Positions 13,667 through 31,483 are shown, numbered from the whole stretch's first letter. The stretch: DNA of 62,912 bases, filler included, from Kipferlia bialata (GCA_003568945.1; 6 parts of 6 records of this genome joined end to end with filler, not necessarily neighbours in it); one strand, 5' to 3'. Notes: generated from the letters alone by a model not told the origin. Numbers and translations are program-made.

Positions 13667-16572
13667 GCCCTGATCCTGACCAAGGACTACGATGCAGCAC
13701 ACACTCTGCTACAGGGGGACCCAAGGTACAGAAATGCACATAGTGTATGCATATTTACAGTACTCCAACCCTGCTGGAACTCTGTCTTTTATGAGGTCAT
13801 TGATCTATCTATCCCTCTCTGTCTCTTCCAATACAAAGTGTCTCAATCTTTAGGACCCCTCCCCTCCTAGACCTTCGACTCTCTCTGTGTGTCTCTCTCT
13901 CCCTCTGTCGTCTTCAGTATCTCTCGTGACTAAATATCAGAACTCCCCCCCTGCTGGACCCCTTTGACGAGGCCAGTCTCTGTGTGCTCAGAGGCAGGCT
14001 GCAGCTGCTGAGGTATAATATATATTATTACCTCTTGCATATGTATATCGTGTATATATGTGAAGATCTCTCAGTCTCTCTCTCTCTCACACTCACACGC
14101 ATATACTCACTCGCTCTCTCTCTCTCTCTCTCATGTCTAGGAAGAACCCCGAGCGTGCCGTGTACTGGTATGGCCGTGCCCTGAGACACGAGCCAGGTAA
14201 ATTTGCTACATGATGCCATATAACGCTGTACATATACCTCTATATGTGTATTGTATGTATTTCTATTATTCTCAATATGTCACTCACCCCCCAGGCTGTG
14301 TGAGTGTTACCTTCATACATATACACTCATACATGTAGTATATATGAGTATATTGTTCAATATATCCCTCACCCCCAGGCTGTGTCAGTGCTGCTGTGGA
14401 GCTCAAGAGCAAGGAGCTGATAGGTACATGGGGTGATAGTATAGATTCTGTCACACATACACAGCATTTACATGACCATATCTAACCTAGTAGTATCTCT
14501 ATCTTATACGCAGGCACCACAGATTTATGTATTTATGAATAGATGCCTAAGTATCTCTCTCTGATTCCTAGGCGTACAGACGAGGCAGTACTGGAGAGCT
14601 TCTTCTCCCAATGAGTGTACTATTCATTCATATACATACATATATATATGTGTATACGTTGCTCTATCTAACCCCCAGGCACCACCGACGAGGCAGTGTT
14701 AGAGAGCACCCTGATCAGGGGTCTGCGTCAGAAGAGACAGGAGGAGAGAGAGGCACAGGGAGAGAGAGAGGGAGAGGGAGAGGGAGGAGGAGATGGTGTG
14801 ACAATTGACATGGAGGGAGAGACAGAGGTGGAGAGTGATGCTGACCCAGACCAGCATCTGTACGACCTCTACGGTGCTCTGTTTAACAGGACTGGTGGTA
14901 ACTTACGCGATAGCGCTGTGGATACCACTATACACGATGATGGTGGGCCCCTAGCTGGTCTGCCTGGTAGCAGTCCTGCCTTCTCTCCCCCTCCTGTGCA
15001 TCCCCTGTCACCTAGTGCAACAGGGTATGCTAGGGAGAGTAGGTACATGCCACAGTCACCTGAGGGGGTAGAGGGGGAGAGAGAGAGCGAGAGCGTACTG
15101 GGTGAGAGTGGGTACTCTAGGGACTCTAGGGTGTCTGATGATACTAGTACCTACCCTATGCTGACCCTCTCCGACAGAGGGGACGGAGAGGGAGAGGGAG
15201 AGGGGGAGAGTAGTGGGTATGAGGGTGTGGGGGAGGAGGAGGGGAGAGAGACACTTGTACAGGAGGAGAGTGTCACTAGCTATGGACCACCCCAGACAGG
15301 GGCAGATGCATACGCACAGTTACAAGGTACTATACTAATATATACTTAGTATGGTATATATATACATGTATATATGTAATGTGTGTGCATCCCCCAGACA
15401 GGGGCAGATGCATACGCTCAGCTGCAAGGTATCAGTCCCATTTCCTATTTCTCTCATTGTATGTGTATGTTCACATATACATCTCCATCTCACCCCCAGC
15501 CCTGTGGCACCGGGGAGATGTGGATGGCACACTGGCACTGGGGGCAGAGGTATAGTCTGTGCTTTGTATCAGTATGGTTACCTACAGGGTATATATGTTC
15601 GTGCTCATACTTACATACGTATATGTACTACTCTTTGTATATACATACTGTTATATGTTGCTCTATAAGGTGTGACGTGGATGGGACACTGGCACTGGGG
15701 GCAGAGGTAAGAGAAATATATTGTTAATGTGTGTGTGCATTATTACGTAATATAGCATATCTTCCCCCCAGGTACTTGTATCCATGCCCCAAGCTCTTGT
15801 ATGTATAAATATACATATATATATATACATTCCCTATATATGAATTATTAATTCCCTCATGTTTAGGTCCTTGTGTCCATGCCCCATGCCCTTTTGTGCA
15901 TGGTTATATGTACATTCACTGTATATGTATATTTACTGTATTTGTTGTTACTTAACCCCCAGGTACTTGTGTCCATGCCCCATGCCCTGATGTGCGTGCC
16001 CATAGTGGCAGCTGCCATGGTGGAGAGGTATTGGTAGACACATTAACTTACTATATATATATATATTGGCCATATTTCACAAATACATGTGTACATGAGG
16101 GTGTGCCCATAGTGGCAGAATTGTGGAGAGGTATGGATATACACATACTTGTGTATACCATGTATACAATATGTATTCATATATATATGTAACACTAGGA
16201 AGCGTAAGTCTGAGCTCTACCTCTGTGCATCCAGACCCAGAAGACTCTCTCTCTCTCTCTCTCTCTCTCTTCCCCTGTATATATACGTAACACTAGGAAG
16301 CGTAAGTCTGAGCTCTATCTCTGTGCATCCAGACTCAGAAGACTGGCACCTGACCATGGGTGCACATGGCTGGCCACAGGACTATATTACCTTCTATCAG
16401 GTATTGTATGTATTAATAATCATATAGGTACACCCTTTGACCACGGGTGCACATGGCTGGCAACAGGGCTGTACTATCTGTTATCAGGTAATCTCTTACC
16501 CCCAGAGAAGTGGCCCAAGTGCTCTGCCCACTGTCACAGGCCTCTCTCTCTCTCTTGCTCTCTCTCCCTATC

Positions 16573-16612
<40 letters not shown>

Positions 16613-18747
16613 TATCAGTATACTCTGGTACCTATATGCATATTCTTACCCTCAGAAGAGTGGGCCAAGTGCTCTGCCCACTGCCACCGGGCACTGGAGC
16701 TAGAGCCCACACTAGTCCATGCCAGACTGGCACTGGCCAGGGTGGCTAGTGTTAGAACACAGGTATAGTACATAGATATACACATACTATAATGGATAAA
16801 TATGTAAACATATATATACACTGGCTAATACCAGTCCGACTAGTATTGGAACCGAGGTATGATTGCCACTTCATTCTCTCTGGCTCTCTCTCTCTACCTC
16901 ACCCAACAAGAGCATGCTATGTCCTTACATCTCTTCATATACTTGTAGTGACTTAGAGGTATAACCTATCATTACTCTTACATCATCACGAGCATGCCGC
17001 GTGCATCTGACGCATCTCTCTCTCTCTATGTCTCTCTCCCTATATTTGTATATATACCTCACCCCAGCACGAGCATGCCATTGTCCACCTGAGACGTCTC
17101 TCTCTCTCTATGTCTCTCTCCCTATATTTGTATATATACCTTACATCAGCACGAGCATGCCATTGTGCATCTGAGGCATGCCCTGGCTATATCACAGGGC
17201 AGCATAGAGATATGCATTGCAGCTTGTAAGGTACATAGAAGTGTGTGCAGTTGACCCTAAGTGTACATATATACCTCTTACCCTCAGGAGTACCTGTCCC
17301 TTGACAACAAGGCTGCAGATGCACTCGAGATGGCACTCATGGCGAGGTTAGTCTCTCTCCATCCATCCCTTCTTTTTCCTATTTCTCTCTTACATATCAT
17401 ATATGTATACGTATATGATTATACATTTGTATCTCACCCCCAGGGACATCTCCCCCCACACCCCTGTGGTCTGGGGCCTCACCCTCTGTGCAGCATACTA
17501 CAGGAACAGGTGTGTGTGCATTTTCTTATACGTCTACTCAATATGTGTCCCAAGGATGTACGACGATGCCATCAGCAAGTACTGCTTATAGATACTCTCA
17601 TGTTCACATGGTATTGTAGTTATCAGTGTGACATATGCTTAGATATATCTCACCCCTAGGATGTACGACGATGCCATCAGGGCAGCAGACTATGTCACCA
17701 ATGCCAACTTCTTTTTACATACAATACTATATGTAATAGAGATATGCCTCTATCTCACTGTGTAGGATGTACGATGATGCCATCAGTGCAGCAGATGCAT
17801 GCATACAGAGGGTGACAGGGGGGGAGACAATACCAGGTACTATAGTATAAATACACACACGTATAAATTATATATACATAGTGGCTTCGATGGGAGTCGA
17901 ACCCACACCCTCTCACTCCCAGGCCGTGACACGTCTGTGCTGTGTGAGGCCTATGCCGCCAAGGGCCACTGTCTGATGCACATGCACAAGTACCAGAGTG
18001 CAGAGGGGTGTTATGAGCAGGTACACTACTCACACGCATCCTAATGCCATATTCTTAGATGGTATATGTGACAATGTATACCTTACCGCAGGCCCTGTCC
18101 CTGGGATGTGGCAGGGAGGCCCAGGTTGGACTGGGCATGGTGTACCACAGGATGGGGAGGTGTGTATACATGTATGGTATATATACTTTTGTATAGTGAG
18201 GGATGCGTGAAGTACTGACCCCAGATACTCCGAGGCCTGCCAGGTGTACAATGCTGCCCTGTCTGAGAAGGGCAGCCCAGACCTGGTGGCACTGCTACAG
18301 GTATTATATACTATGCATACATTATGTATATATAGTATATGATATGATGCCCTGTCTGAGAAGGGCAGCCCTGACCTCGTGGCATTGCTGCAGGTATAGT
18401 ATACTATGCATATATTATGTATATATAGTTATATAGTATATGGTATGATGCCCTGTCTGAGAAGGGCAGCCCAGACCTGGTGGCGCTATTGCAGGTATCC
18501 AGACATTATGTATATATATAGTATATCTTATAGTATATGATATGCTGCCCTGTCTGAGAAGGGCAGTCCAGACCTCGTGGCACTGTTACAGGTATGTATA
18601 TGTGTCTTGTAATACATATGTTGAAGGTGTCTCTTTATAGTAGTTTGGCAGTATATAATGTATTAATATGAATTAATATGAATAATTGACCCTTAGGATG
18701 CTCTGGTCAGGTCCCTCCGCACCCAGACCAAGTCAATACCCACTTAA
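13667..18747 (+). CDS. CDC16: Anaphase-promoting complex subunit 6 (CDC16)-like TPR protein, 5'-truncated
   Basis: The spliced product has ASLCVLRGRLQLLRKNPERAVYWYGRALRHEPGCVSA and CVPIVAAAMVERKRKSELYLCASRLRRLAPDHGCTWLATGLYYLL. These match Cdc16 segments I recall (SSICLLRGK..., CLPVHIGTLVELNKANELFYLSHKLVDLYPSNPVSWFAVGCYYL). Further TPRs follow, with a stop at 18747. Confidence 0.78.
17879..17923 (-). pseudogene. tRNA 3'-half (Pro-like), antisense to and coincident with an intron acceptor
   Basis: The minus strand reads CC-TGG-GA-GTGAG-AGGGT-GTGGG-TTCGACT-CCCAT-CGAAGCC-A-CTA, which is the canonical spacing of tRNA positions 32-73. No 5' half is present. Confidence 0.65.
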
Positions 18748-18956
18748 CGATGTTAATAGATAGTTAACTGTCTTATGCTGATACTGTGCTTTGTTAGTAG
18801 GCATGTGATTTGCCTGGTGTATTTCTGTGTGTAAGTGACACTGTCATGGATCATTAGCTGACCCCTCCCTGCAAGAAACAAACGTATGAAACGTGTGCAG
18901 TTCGGTCGTAGTTCCAACCTTGGCTCTTTCAAAGCACTGTATTCAGCGTAGTGTCC

Positions 18957-19601
18957 ATGCCCTGCTGTTCTGTGTGCAGTCACACCTGGGAGAACAGCTA
19001 TGTCACTGAGTGTCTGATGTGTGAGTGGAGGGAGAGGGAGGAGAGGGAGAGGGAGGCCAAGAGGATAGAGGCTGACAAGGAGAGAGCAAGGCGCAGTGCA
19101 GCAGAGTACAGCCTGATCAGACCGCACCTGGCACCACTGTTCAAGGATGTGGAGTTAGTGAGGTATACATTTTACAACTATGTATGATATTTGTATGAGT
19201 GTATATGTGTTTGTATTTGTATGATACTGACCCCCAGGCAGGATGTTGCCAGCATCAGGCATGTGTCAGTGGAGATTGAGAGGGAGAGGGAGGAGAGGCA
19301 GCGGGAGAGAGAGAGCAAGGAGGAGGCAAGAGTGGAGAGGGAGAGAGAGAGACTGGCAGTTGAGGAGCAGCTGCAAAGGCTGGTACCTTCTCTCTCTCTC
19401 TCTGACTCTGCCTCTACCCCTCTTGTTGCCAGTCTGACTGTGGTGGTGGATGAACTACTGCAGTTGAGGGAGAGAGAGGCAGAGAGGCAGATGGAGAGAG
19501 ACAAGGAGAAGGAGAGAGAGGCTGGGAAGGAGAGAGAGAGACTGCTCTTCCTCGACTTCAATCCCGATGCCCTTGCCTCTCTGCAGGCACTCATAGAGCA
19601 G
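18957..19601 (+). CDS. N-terminal CxxC...CxxC zinc-ribbon plus charged coiled-coil exons (RecQ N-terminus or separate gene)
   Basis: MPCCSVCSHTWENSYVTECLMCE followed by ER-rich helices in two exons. It ends in a phase-0 donor before the poly-C run at 19675-19753. Confidence 0.6.
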
Positions 19602-19674
19602 GTATATGACATATATATATATATATACATATAAATATATATATATATACAACCCCTGCCCTTGTCTCTCTACC

Positions 19675-19721
<47 letters not shown>

Positions 19722-19870
19722 AGGGAAAAACCCCCCCCCCCCCCCCCCCCCCCTCACAATCCACCTTTCGAGTAGGATCACAATTCCGCATGTTTCCCTC
19801 AAGTACATTCTTTTGCCCACTTCTGTATTTCCAGTCTCCATGTATACCTGTGTATACTTCTAATGCCCAG

Positions 19871-24484
<4,614 letters not shown>

Positions 24485-24890
24485 CACGAGCTCCCAATAG
24501 ACTCTCTCCAACACTGTTTCGTAGGAGGTACTATGTTATAGGAACTGTTATGTTGTAGGTGTCCCATCTGGATGCGCCTGTCGAGATGATATATCCTTAA
24601 TCACATTCAGTTCACTGAGACAATTTTGCTGTAACTACCACTACTGTAACGACGCGTTGGTGCAATGAAACACACCATCGCGGACTCGGCTCTACTTGAG
24701 AACTATATATCTATTGGTCCTTTCTCTATGCTGTCTCAGTCCCCTTCCACACACCCTGGAGTGTGCACTCAGTATGTATGACCCATGTACTCACACGGGT
24801 CTTACATACTGGCAGTGCACACCCCAACATGTGTGGCGAGGGACTGAGCTAAATAGTAGAGATACTCTCCACCTCTCCACTAGTGATATC

Positions 24891-27067
24891 CTACATCTGC
24901 CCTCCCCAGATACCACTCGCCACCCTCTCTGCCTCCTCTCTCTCCTCCTCTCTCCTCCTTGCTAGGTACTGGGGGTAGCTCACCTTGGGATTAGTAAAAC
25001 TACTTTAGTAATACTAGTTTAGTATCATATTTATGCTACACTGCCTAGGTAGCTCACCTTAGGCCTCCACACAGTCACAACCTTGCCTGGGGTGGAGTGG
25101 TTCCTGCCCCTCACGAACACGCCGACGAAGTGGGGGAAGATGATCTGCAGTGAGGATTAGTTGCGATGAAATAGTAACCACGCAGGGTAGTATTGCTCAG
25201 TACTCCATATTTACTTATTGTAAGCGTCAGCATCGTATTGAATACAGTGATACACCAATGTATGTATATGTATATATATGAGTGAGTGTATACCTTGTAG
25301 GCATCGGCATCTGCTGGCACACTCACTGGAACAAAGGACCCACACATCCTTGGAGTGAGAATGTTGTACATAGTGGTCATTGTGTGTAGCTCTATATAGT
25401 GACTGTATACTGTCACTCCCACCCCGTCTCTGTGCTAATATGATGTAGTATGTGTCATGATAGAGAACAATACACCGCTACTATTAGTATGGTGCTGCCA
25501 TATATACAGTATATATGATATACAGTATATATGATATATACTGTCCCACCTCTGAGCATCGACTGTGCTGGAGTGTACAAACTGAGTGATGAGGGGGGTC
25601 ACGTCTCTCTCATCAGCTCTCTGCTCTCCTGGGCTCAGTGACAGATTGAGTAGTATTATGAATTATATGAATATAGATATACGGTGCTATATACACCCAC
25701 CCATGCAGTGTCATCCTGAGCCACTTCTTGGAGCACTCAATGTCGTCACGGGACATGACGGAGACGTCCTGGGGGTGGGTCTCCATGTATGGAGCCTAGC
25801 TGGTCCTAGTACTCGAATGAAGCAACAGACATGGAGAGAGAGATGTTGCATTGTGGCAATAGAGTGAGAAAACCAAGTACACACTCTCCAACTTGAGTAA
25901 GTACGTACCTCAGTATCGAGCATGTACACGTCCTTGAGGTAGGACAGCTGGGTGGCACAGAGAACCCTTGCCCTGGTTCTCTGGAGTTAGGAGAATGTGT
26001 ATGGAATGATATATAAGGGTGATTCTTATTCATCTCAAGTTGACGAGGTCAAGCATGGCTACAGTATATTGCTACGGAATGCCTGTAATGTTCACACAAT
26101 AGCCCCTTAATATATAGTATATACGGGTAACCGCCATAACTTACCTCCTTTATCCGCTCCCACTGTGGCCTGTAGGTCTCTTCTTTGGTCTATTGTTAGA
26201 TTAGATTAGTGCACTTAAGAGGGACATATAGTATATGTCACATATACTCTAACGTCGAGTTAGTAACGGAACCCTACACATACCTTGGCGCTCTCCATCG
26301 CACCCTGCAGCCTCTCCCTGAGTGTGGTGGCATCCGCACAGACGGCATCATTCTTCTTCTGGAGTTAAAGTGAGATGTATTTGATGACGTCGCTATGTAC
26401 AGCTGTTGTGTTGAGACTCTACTTGTGGACTCGAAGTTAGAGTAATCCATGTATATACTACTATGAGAGCTGTCACTCAGGTGTCGGTGTTTAGACACAT
26501 ACACATATCCACCAAGTACGATATCCCACCTCCAGAAACCGCATGAAAGCATCTACCACTCTAAGGCCATTAGTGGGGAGAGGACCTGAAGTTTGGTGTA
26601 ATATGATAAAGGTCCAGGGAAAGCCTAGAACTCATATTCAGACAAAGCTGTCGTGCACTCATGCACTCATTACATTGTGTGTAGTATGGGTAGTAGTCAA
26701 TGGAGAGTTTACAATGTGTGCAGCTACTGTATACTCAGTGTGCAATGTGTACCTTGGCAGATGAGGTGTGCTGGTATGGTGTCGTTTGAGGGGTCGGAGA
26801 CTACCTAGTGTGAGGTATATAGAGTACTACAATGACTAGATTTCATTCACTTCTACATATAATAAGTGATACACCTGTAGCAACTATTACTGTGGTATCA
26901 CATACCACAGGAAACATTGAGTGGCAATGAATTTCCCATTACCAACCAATAGTTATGATACACAAGTAGAAACATACCCTGATTGTGCAGTGGATGGCAA
27001 TGGAAGACATCTCACAGATCTTCACGCCCTTCTTCCCAATCAGATGGCAGACCAGAGACTGGGGGAC
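24891..27067 (-). CDS. Multi-exon protein with a KH-domain-like GxxG motif, 5'-truncated
   Basis: Exon 26978-27067 reads VPQSLVCHLIGKKGVKICEM (KH-like V-P-x-x-x-V-x-x-x-I-G-K-x-G). Further small exons follow; the probable last exon ends ...GIWGGQM*. Confidence 0.5.
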
Positions 27068-27188
27068 CTGCAATGAGAAGACTCTTCTCATTGAGAAGAG
27101 ACTAGCAACATAGGGAAAGTGATATATGTGCCGGGAAGTTAAAGAAGGGGGGGGGGGGGGGGGGGGGGTCGGGTCCCTTTGGCGGAGG

Positions 27189-27288
27189 NNNNNNNNNNNN
27201 NNNNNNNNNNNNNNNNNNNNNNNNNNNNNNNNTTAATTAATTAANNNNNNNNNNNNNNNNNNNNNNNNNNNNNNNNNNNNNNNNNNNN
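27189..27288. other. Artificial contig linker
   Basis: N44-TTAATTAATTAA-N44. Confidence 0.97.
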
Positions 27289-27338
<50 letters not shown>

Positions 27339-27905
27339 ACGCACCTTCAGTACACCTACACCCACCAACACACATATAGATCCTATTATAGTCAGTCTAG
27401 GAACAGCAGATGGAGTACAATTACTCAGTGAGCACTGCATAGGACCTACCTCGCTGTCTATCACACTATTCTCCAGGTCCGCCATCTCCAGCTAGGCCCC
27501 AGCGCACCAGCAGATACTGGGTTCACTAGTGGTGCTTAAGGATTCCAGTTGACACCCTGTTAAGGCCTATCGTATAGGTGGCAGGGTGTCCCAATATGAT
27601 GGAGGGATAGAGTAGGTACCTCTTCTCAATACATCAAAAATGAAAAAATAGACAAAGGGGTTAGCAGAGATATCTCTTGACTATGAAGAGGATACAGATC
27701 TACACTACACTCCACACAACAACTTACGATACAATTCTATTGGACAACCGCTTGGGCATATGCTAACTCGACAGTATCTGAGTATATGTACTAGATACTC
27801 TGCACACAAGGGTCTAGATGGTAACAAAAGGGTCCAATCCTATGGCTAGAGGTACTCTCTTTCTCTCTCTCTCTCTATTTCTCTCTCACTCTCTATCTCA
27901 TTCTC

Positions 27906-28838
27906 TCATGGTTCTAGGTACTCAGTCTCACCCCAACACGTGATGAGACCTAGTGTTAGTTGCAAAGTCTCTCACATCCAATACACAACCAGTACGGTGA
28001 GAAAAAAAAAAAAAAAAAAAAGGAAACTGCTCGTGTACTTATATATATATACATACATATACACTGTGCTATACCTGTCTCATCCACCACCGATGACACA
28101 TCTACCATCACATACGTATATAGTAGAGCATACATCATAGACAATAGTATAGTATCTATATACAGTTGTATATAAGGTACCTGTCTCATCCACCACCGAT
28201 GACACATCTGCCCCACCTACATACATGCATATATACCATAGTATTTATAGAATCTTTATATACGATACTATACTATGGTACCATACCTGTCTCATCGACC
28301 ACCGATGACACATCTGCCACATACATACATATATACCATAGCATATACATCATAGACAATAGTATAGTATCTATATACAGTTGTATATATAGTACCTGTC
28401 TCATCCACCACCGATGACACATCTGCCCACATACATATATACCATAGTATTTATAGAATCCTTATATACAATACTATACAATACAGTACCATACCTGTCT
28501 CATCCACCACCGATGACACATCTGCCCACATACATACATATGTACCTTAGTATTTATAGAATCTATATTTACCATACTATTAGTACAATATACCACACCT
28601 GTCTCATCCACCACCGATGACACGTCTGCCCCAGCTGCTATCATGACAACACGGCCCAGGCCTAGGGTTAGAGTACGTATATACAGACATATTCATAATT
28701 ACACATAAATGTATAGAGAGAGAGAGAATAACAGTTGTCCCAGCTGCTATCATGACAACACGGCCCAGACCTAGGGTTAGAGTATGTACAGAGAAGCATA
28801 TACAGACACACATATATAGATAAAAATATATCTGTGTG

Positions 28839-28869
<31 letters not shown>

Positions 28870-31085
28870 TTGTCCCAGCTGCTATCATGACAACACGGCC
28901 CCATGCCTGGTAGCGAGAGAGAGATAGAAGCATGCATATGTATATATATATATATAAACATACCTAACACTGGCTCCATGTATGTGTTCCCCTGTGCACT
29001 CCATGTCCATGCTACTCTCCCTCACTCTCTCTCTCTCTCTCTCTATATATATACAAATACTATATATACACATACCTAGCACTGGTTCCATATAGGTATT
29101 GCCCTGTGCACTCCATGTCCATGCTAGACATACTCTCTCTCTCTATGTATATACATATATGTCACTATATACTATCTCTCTCTCTCTCTCTCTACATAAA
29201 CATATACATGTACCTAGCACTGGTTCCATATAGGTATTGCCCTGTGCACTCCATGTCCATGCTATGCCATGGGAGTCGAGGCAGATGCCGTGGGTACTGT
29301 GGTTAGGTTACACACATATCCATACATCTATATACACCGAGAGAGAGAGTACTATACACTGTGTGTGTATGCCATGGGAGTCGAGGCAGATGCCGTGGGT
29401 GCTATGGTGAGTGTATATATACAGTGTATACTGTATATAATGAATACAATGAATATACCCACCTCCCCGCTGTTATCTCTGTGTATCAATATCTACATAT
29501 ATACACAATATACATATATATTATAATATACCAACTATACCTCCCAGCTGCTATCTCTGTGATTGGCAGGGCAGGGGTCTCTCCCTCTATCCCACACTCA
29601 GATACACTAGGGGGAAAGGGTATCCTTTCAACCGGAATGTCCAACTCCTCTAACTCGCGTAACCCTCCTATTTCGCGTATCGCTGAGTGGTACAGACAAT
29701 TGTGTTCCATACCACCGTCACAGGGTAGCATAATGATATAGGAACCAAAGGCTGGCATAAGAGAGGACAGTATGTGGGTACATATCTACATACATGCAAA
29801 GAGAGAGAGAGAGAGTATATATATATGGAGAGAGTATGTGTTGTGAACATTAACAGTTAGACACCTGATATCCTTCCAATGGGTACAATCTCCTCTCCCT
29901 CTGTCACAAGAAGGGCGTGGGACTCTCTCTCTCCCTCTAGACCCTTAATATGCACTGATCCGTCGTCCAACAGATACACCAGGTATCCATCACCTAGAAG
30001 GTCAGTATCATACAAATCAGTATCTATAGTATTGTAATCAGGCGTCAGTAATAGCACTCGACAATAGATAGAACCAGAATAGAGGAAATAACAGAATATA
30101 GACGCTACCAGGCCTAGTGGTTAGTATCACAATTACAATTATATAATTATAAATATAATATATAATAATATATATAATATATAATAATATATAATAATAA
30201 TTATTATAGCAGAGAGTGCGGAACATGACTATCACACATACTGTACCAATACACTTACAATATATATACTAACCTGCAGCAATATCCTTAACCACTTCAG
30301 TGAGGCTCAGATCCTCAAACGGTGAACGTTCCCGTACTGTGTCTACCGGCGTATGGTCCTCTCTCTCTCTCTCTCTGGTCCAGTATACTCTGCCACTGGC
30401 ACACAGGACAGCAGTATAACTCTCTCCCTCTCCGTCTCTCCCTGTCTCTGCCACTCTCCCTGTCACTCTGTCTCCCTCTCCCTCTCTCCCTATCTCTGTC
30501 TCTCTCCCTGTCTCTATATGAGGAAGGGTGCCAGAGACAGCCTTGACCACATCCTCACCAGGGGTGAGAAGCGATACTGTATATATACCTATACTATATA
30601 TGTATGTATACTATTGTTCTATACACACCTGGAATCTCGGTGTATGTCTCCTCTGTCTCCATGGCGTCTCTCTCTCTCTCCCTCTCCAACTCTACCCTCA
30701 CTCGCTCCCTCTCCCTCTCTGCCTCCCTTGGGTCGATGTTGGAGTGGATATGCATGGCCTAGGGGTAAGAGAGAGATCGTACACATATATATATTTACAT
30801 GGGAGAGAGAATACATCTGAGTGTCAAATAGTATGTATATATATATAGAGAGAGAGAGAGAGAATACATCTGGAGACGATGTTGGAGGGTAGTAGCATGG
30901 CCCTGGGGTAACAGAGCAGAGAGAGAAATTGAGGATGAGAGAGATAGAGAGAGTGAGGTTGTCGAAGTGGATCTGCACGCCATACGGGTATGAGAACGGA
31001 GAGAGAGAGGTAGATTATGTATGAGAGAGTATGAGAGTATGTATGAGAGAGAGGGGTTGTTGGAATGGATCTAGAGGCCATGGGA
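27906..31085 (-). CDS. RCC1/BLIP-II-like beta-propeller protein, 5'-truncated at gap
   Basis: Repeated blade signatures VKDIAAG, ITEIAAG, VVMIAAG followed by LCASGRVY, LLDDGSVH, CLDSHGIAWTW and VDETGLITCWG. Stop after ...ETEYLEP*. Confidence 0.65.
28071..28651. repeat. Donor-echo tandem array, 6 copies, ~105-nt period
   Basis: The core acctgtctcatccaccaccgatgacacatct recurs at ~28072, 28179, 28284, 28393, 28492 and in the real exon at ~28598, with two alternating spacer types. Confidence 0.95.
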
Positions 31086-31483
31086 ACATGGGGTAGAGTA
31101 TACTCATATATTTGTTGTGTTTGGAGTAAAATAATGTATGTGTCAGGGAGGGGGGGGGGGGGGGGGGGGCCCGGGGGGGTAATGGGGNNNNNNNNNNNNN
31201 NNNNNNNNNNNNNNNNNNNNNNNNNNNNNNNNNNNNNNNNNNNNNNNNNNNNNNNNNNNNNNNNNNNNNNNNNNNNNNNNNNNNNNNNNNNNNNNNNNNN
31301 NNNNNNNNNNNNNNNNNNNNNNNNNNNNNNNNNNNNNNNNNNNNNNNNNNNNNNNNNNNNNNNNNNNNNNNNNNNNNNNNNNNNNNNNNNNACCCCCGGG
31401 GGGGGGCTTTCCCCCCTTCCCCCCCCCCCCCCCCACACACACACCTCCACTCTTCCCATTTCTCCCTCTCTTGTCTCACCCAG

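Noticed and set aside
18349..18593. Mutually exclusive alternative exons
   Set aside because: The copies lack the exon 5' part and any BP-AG, so they cannot be spliced in as whole exons.
28071..28651. CRISPR-like repeat-spacer array
   Set aside because: The repeats are copies of a eukaryotic exon end with a GT donor, the spacers are homologous low-complexity DNA, and there are no cas genes.
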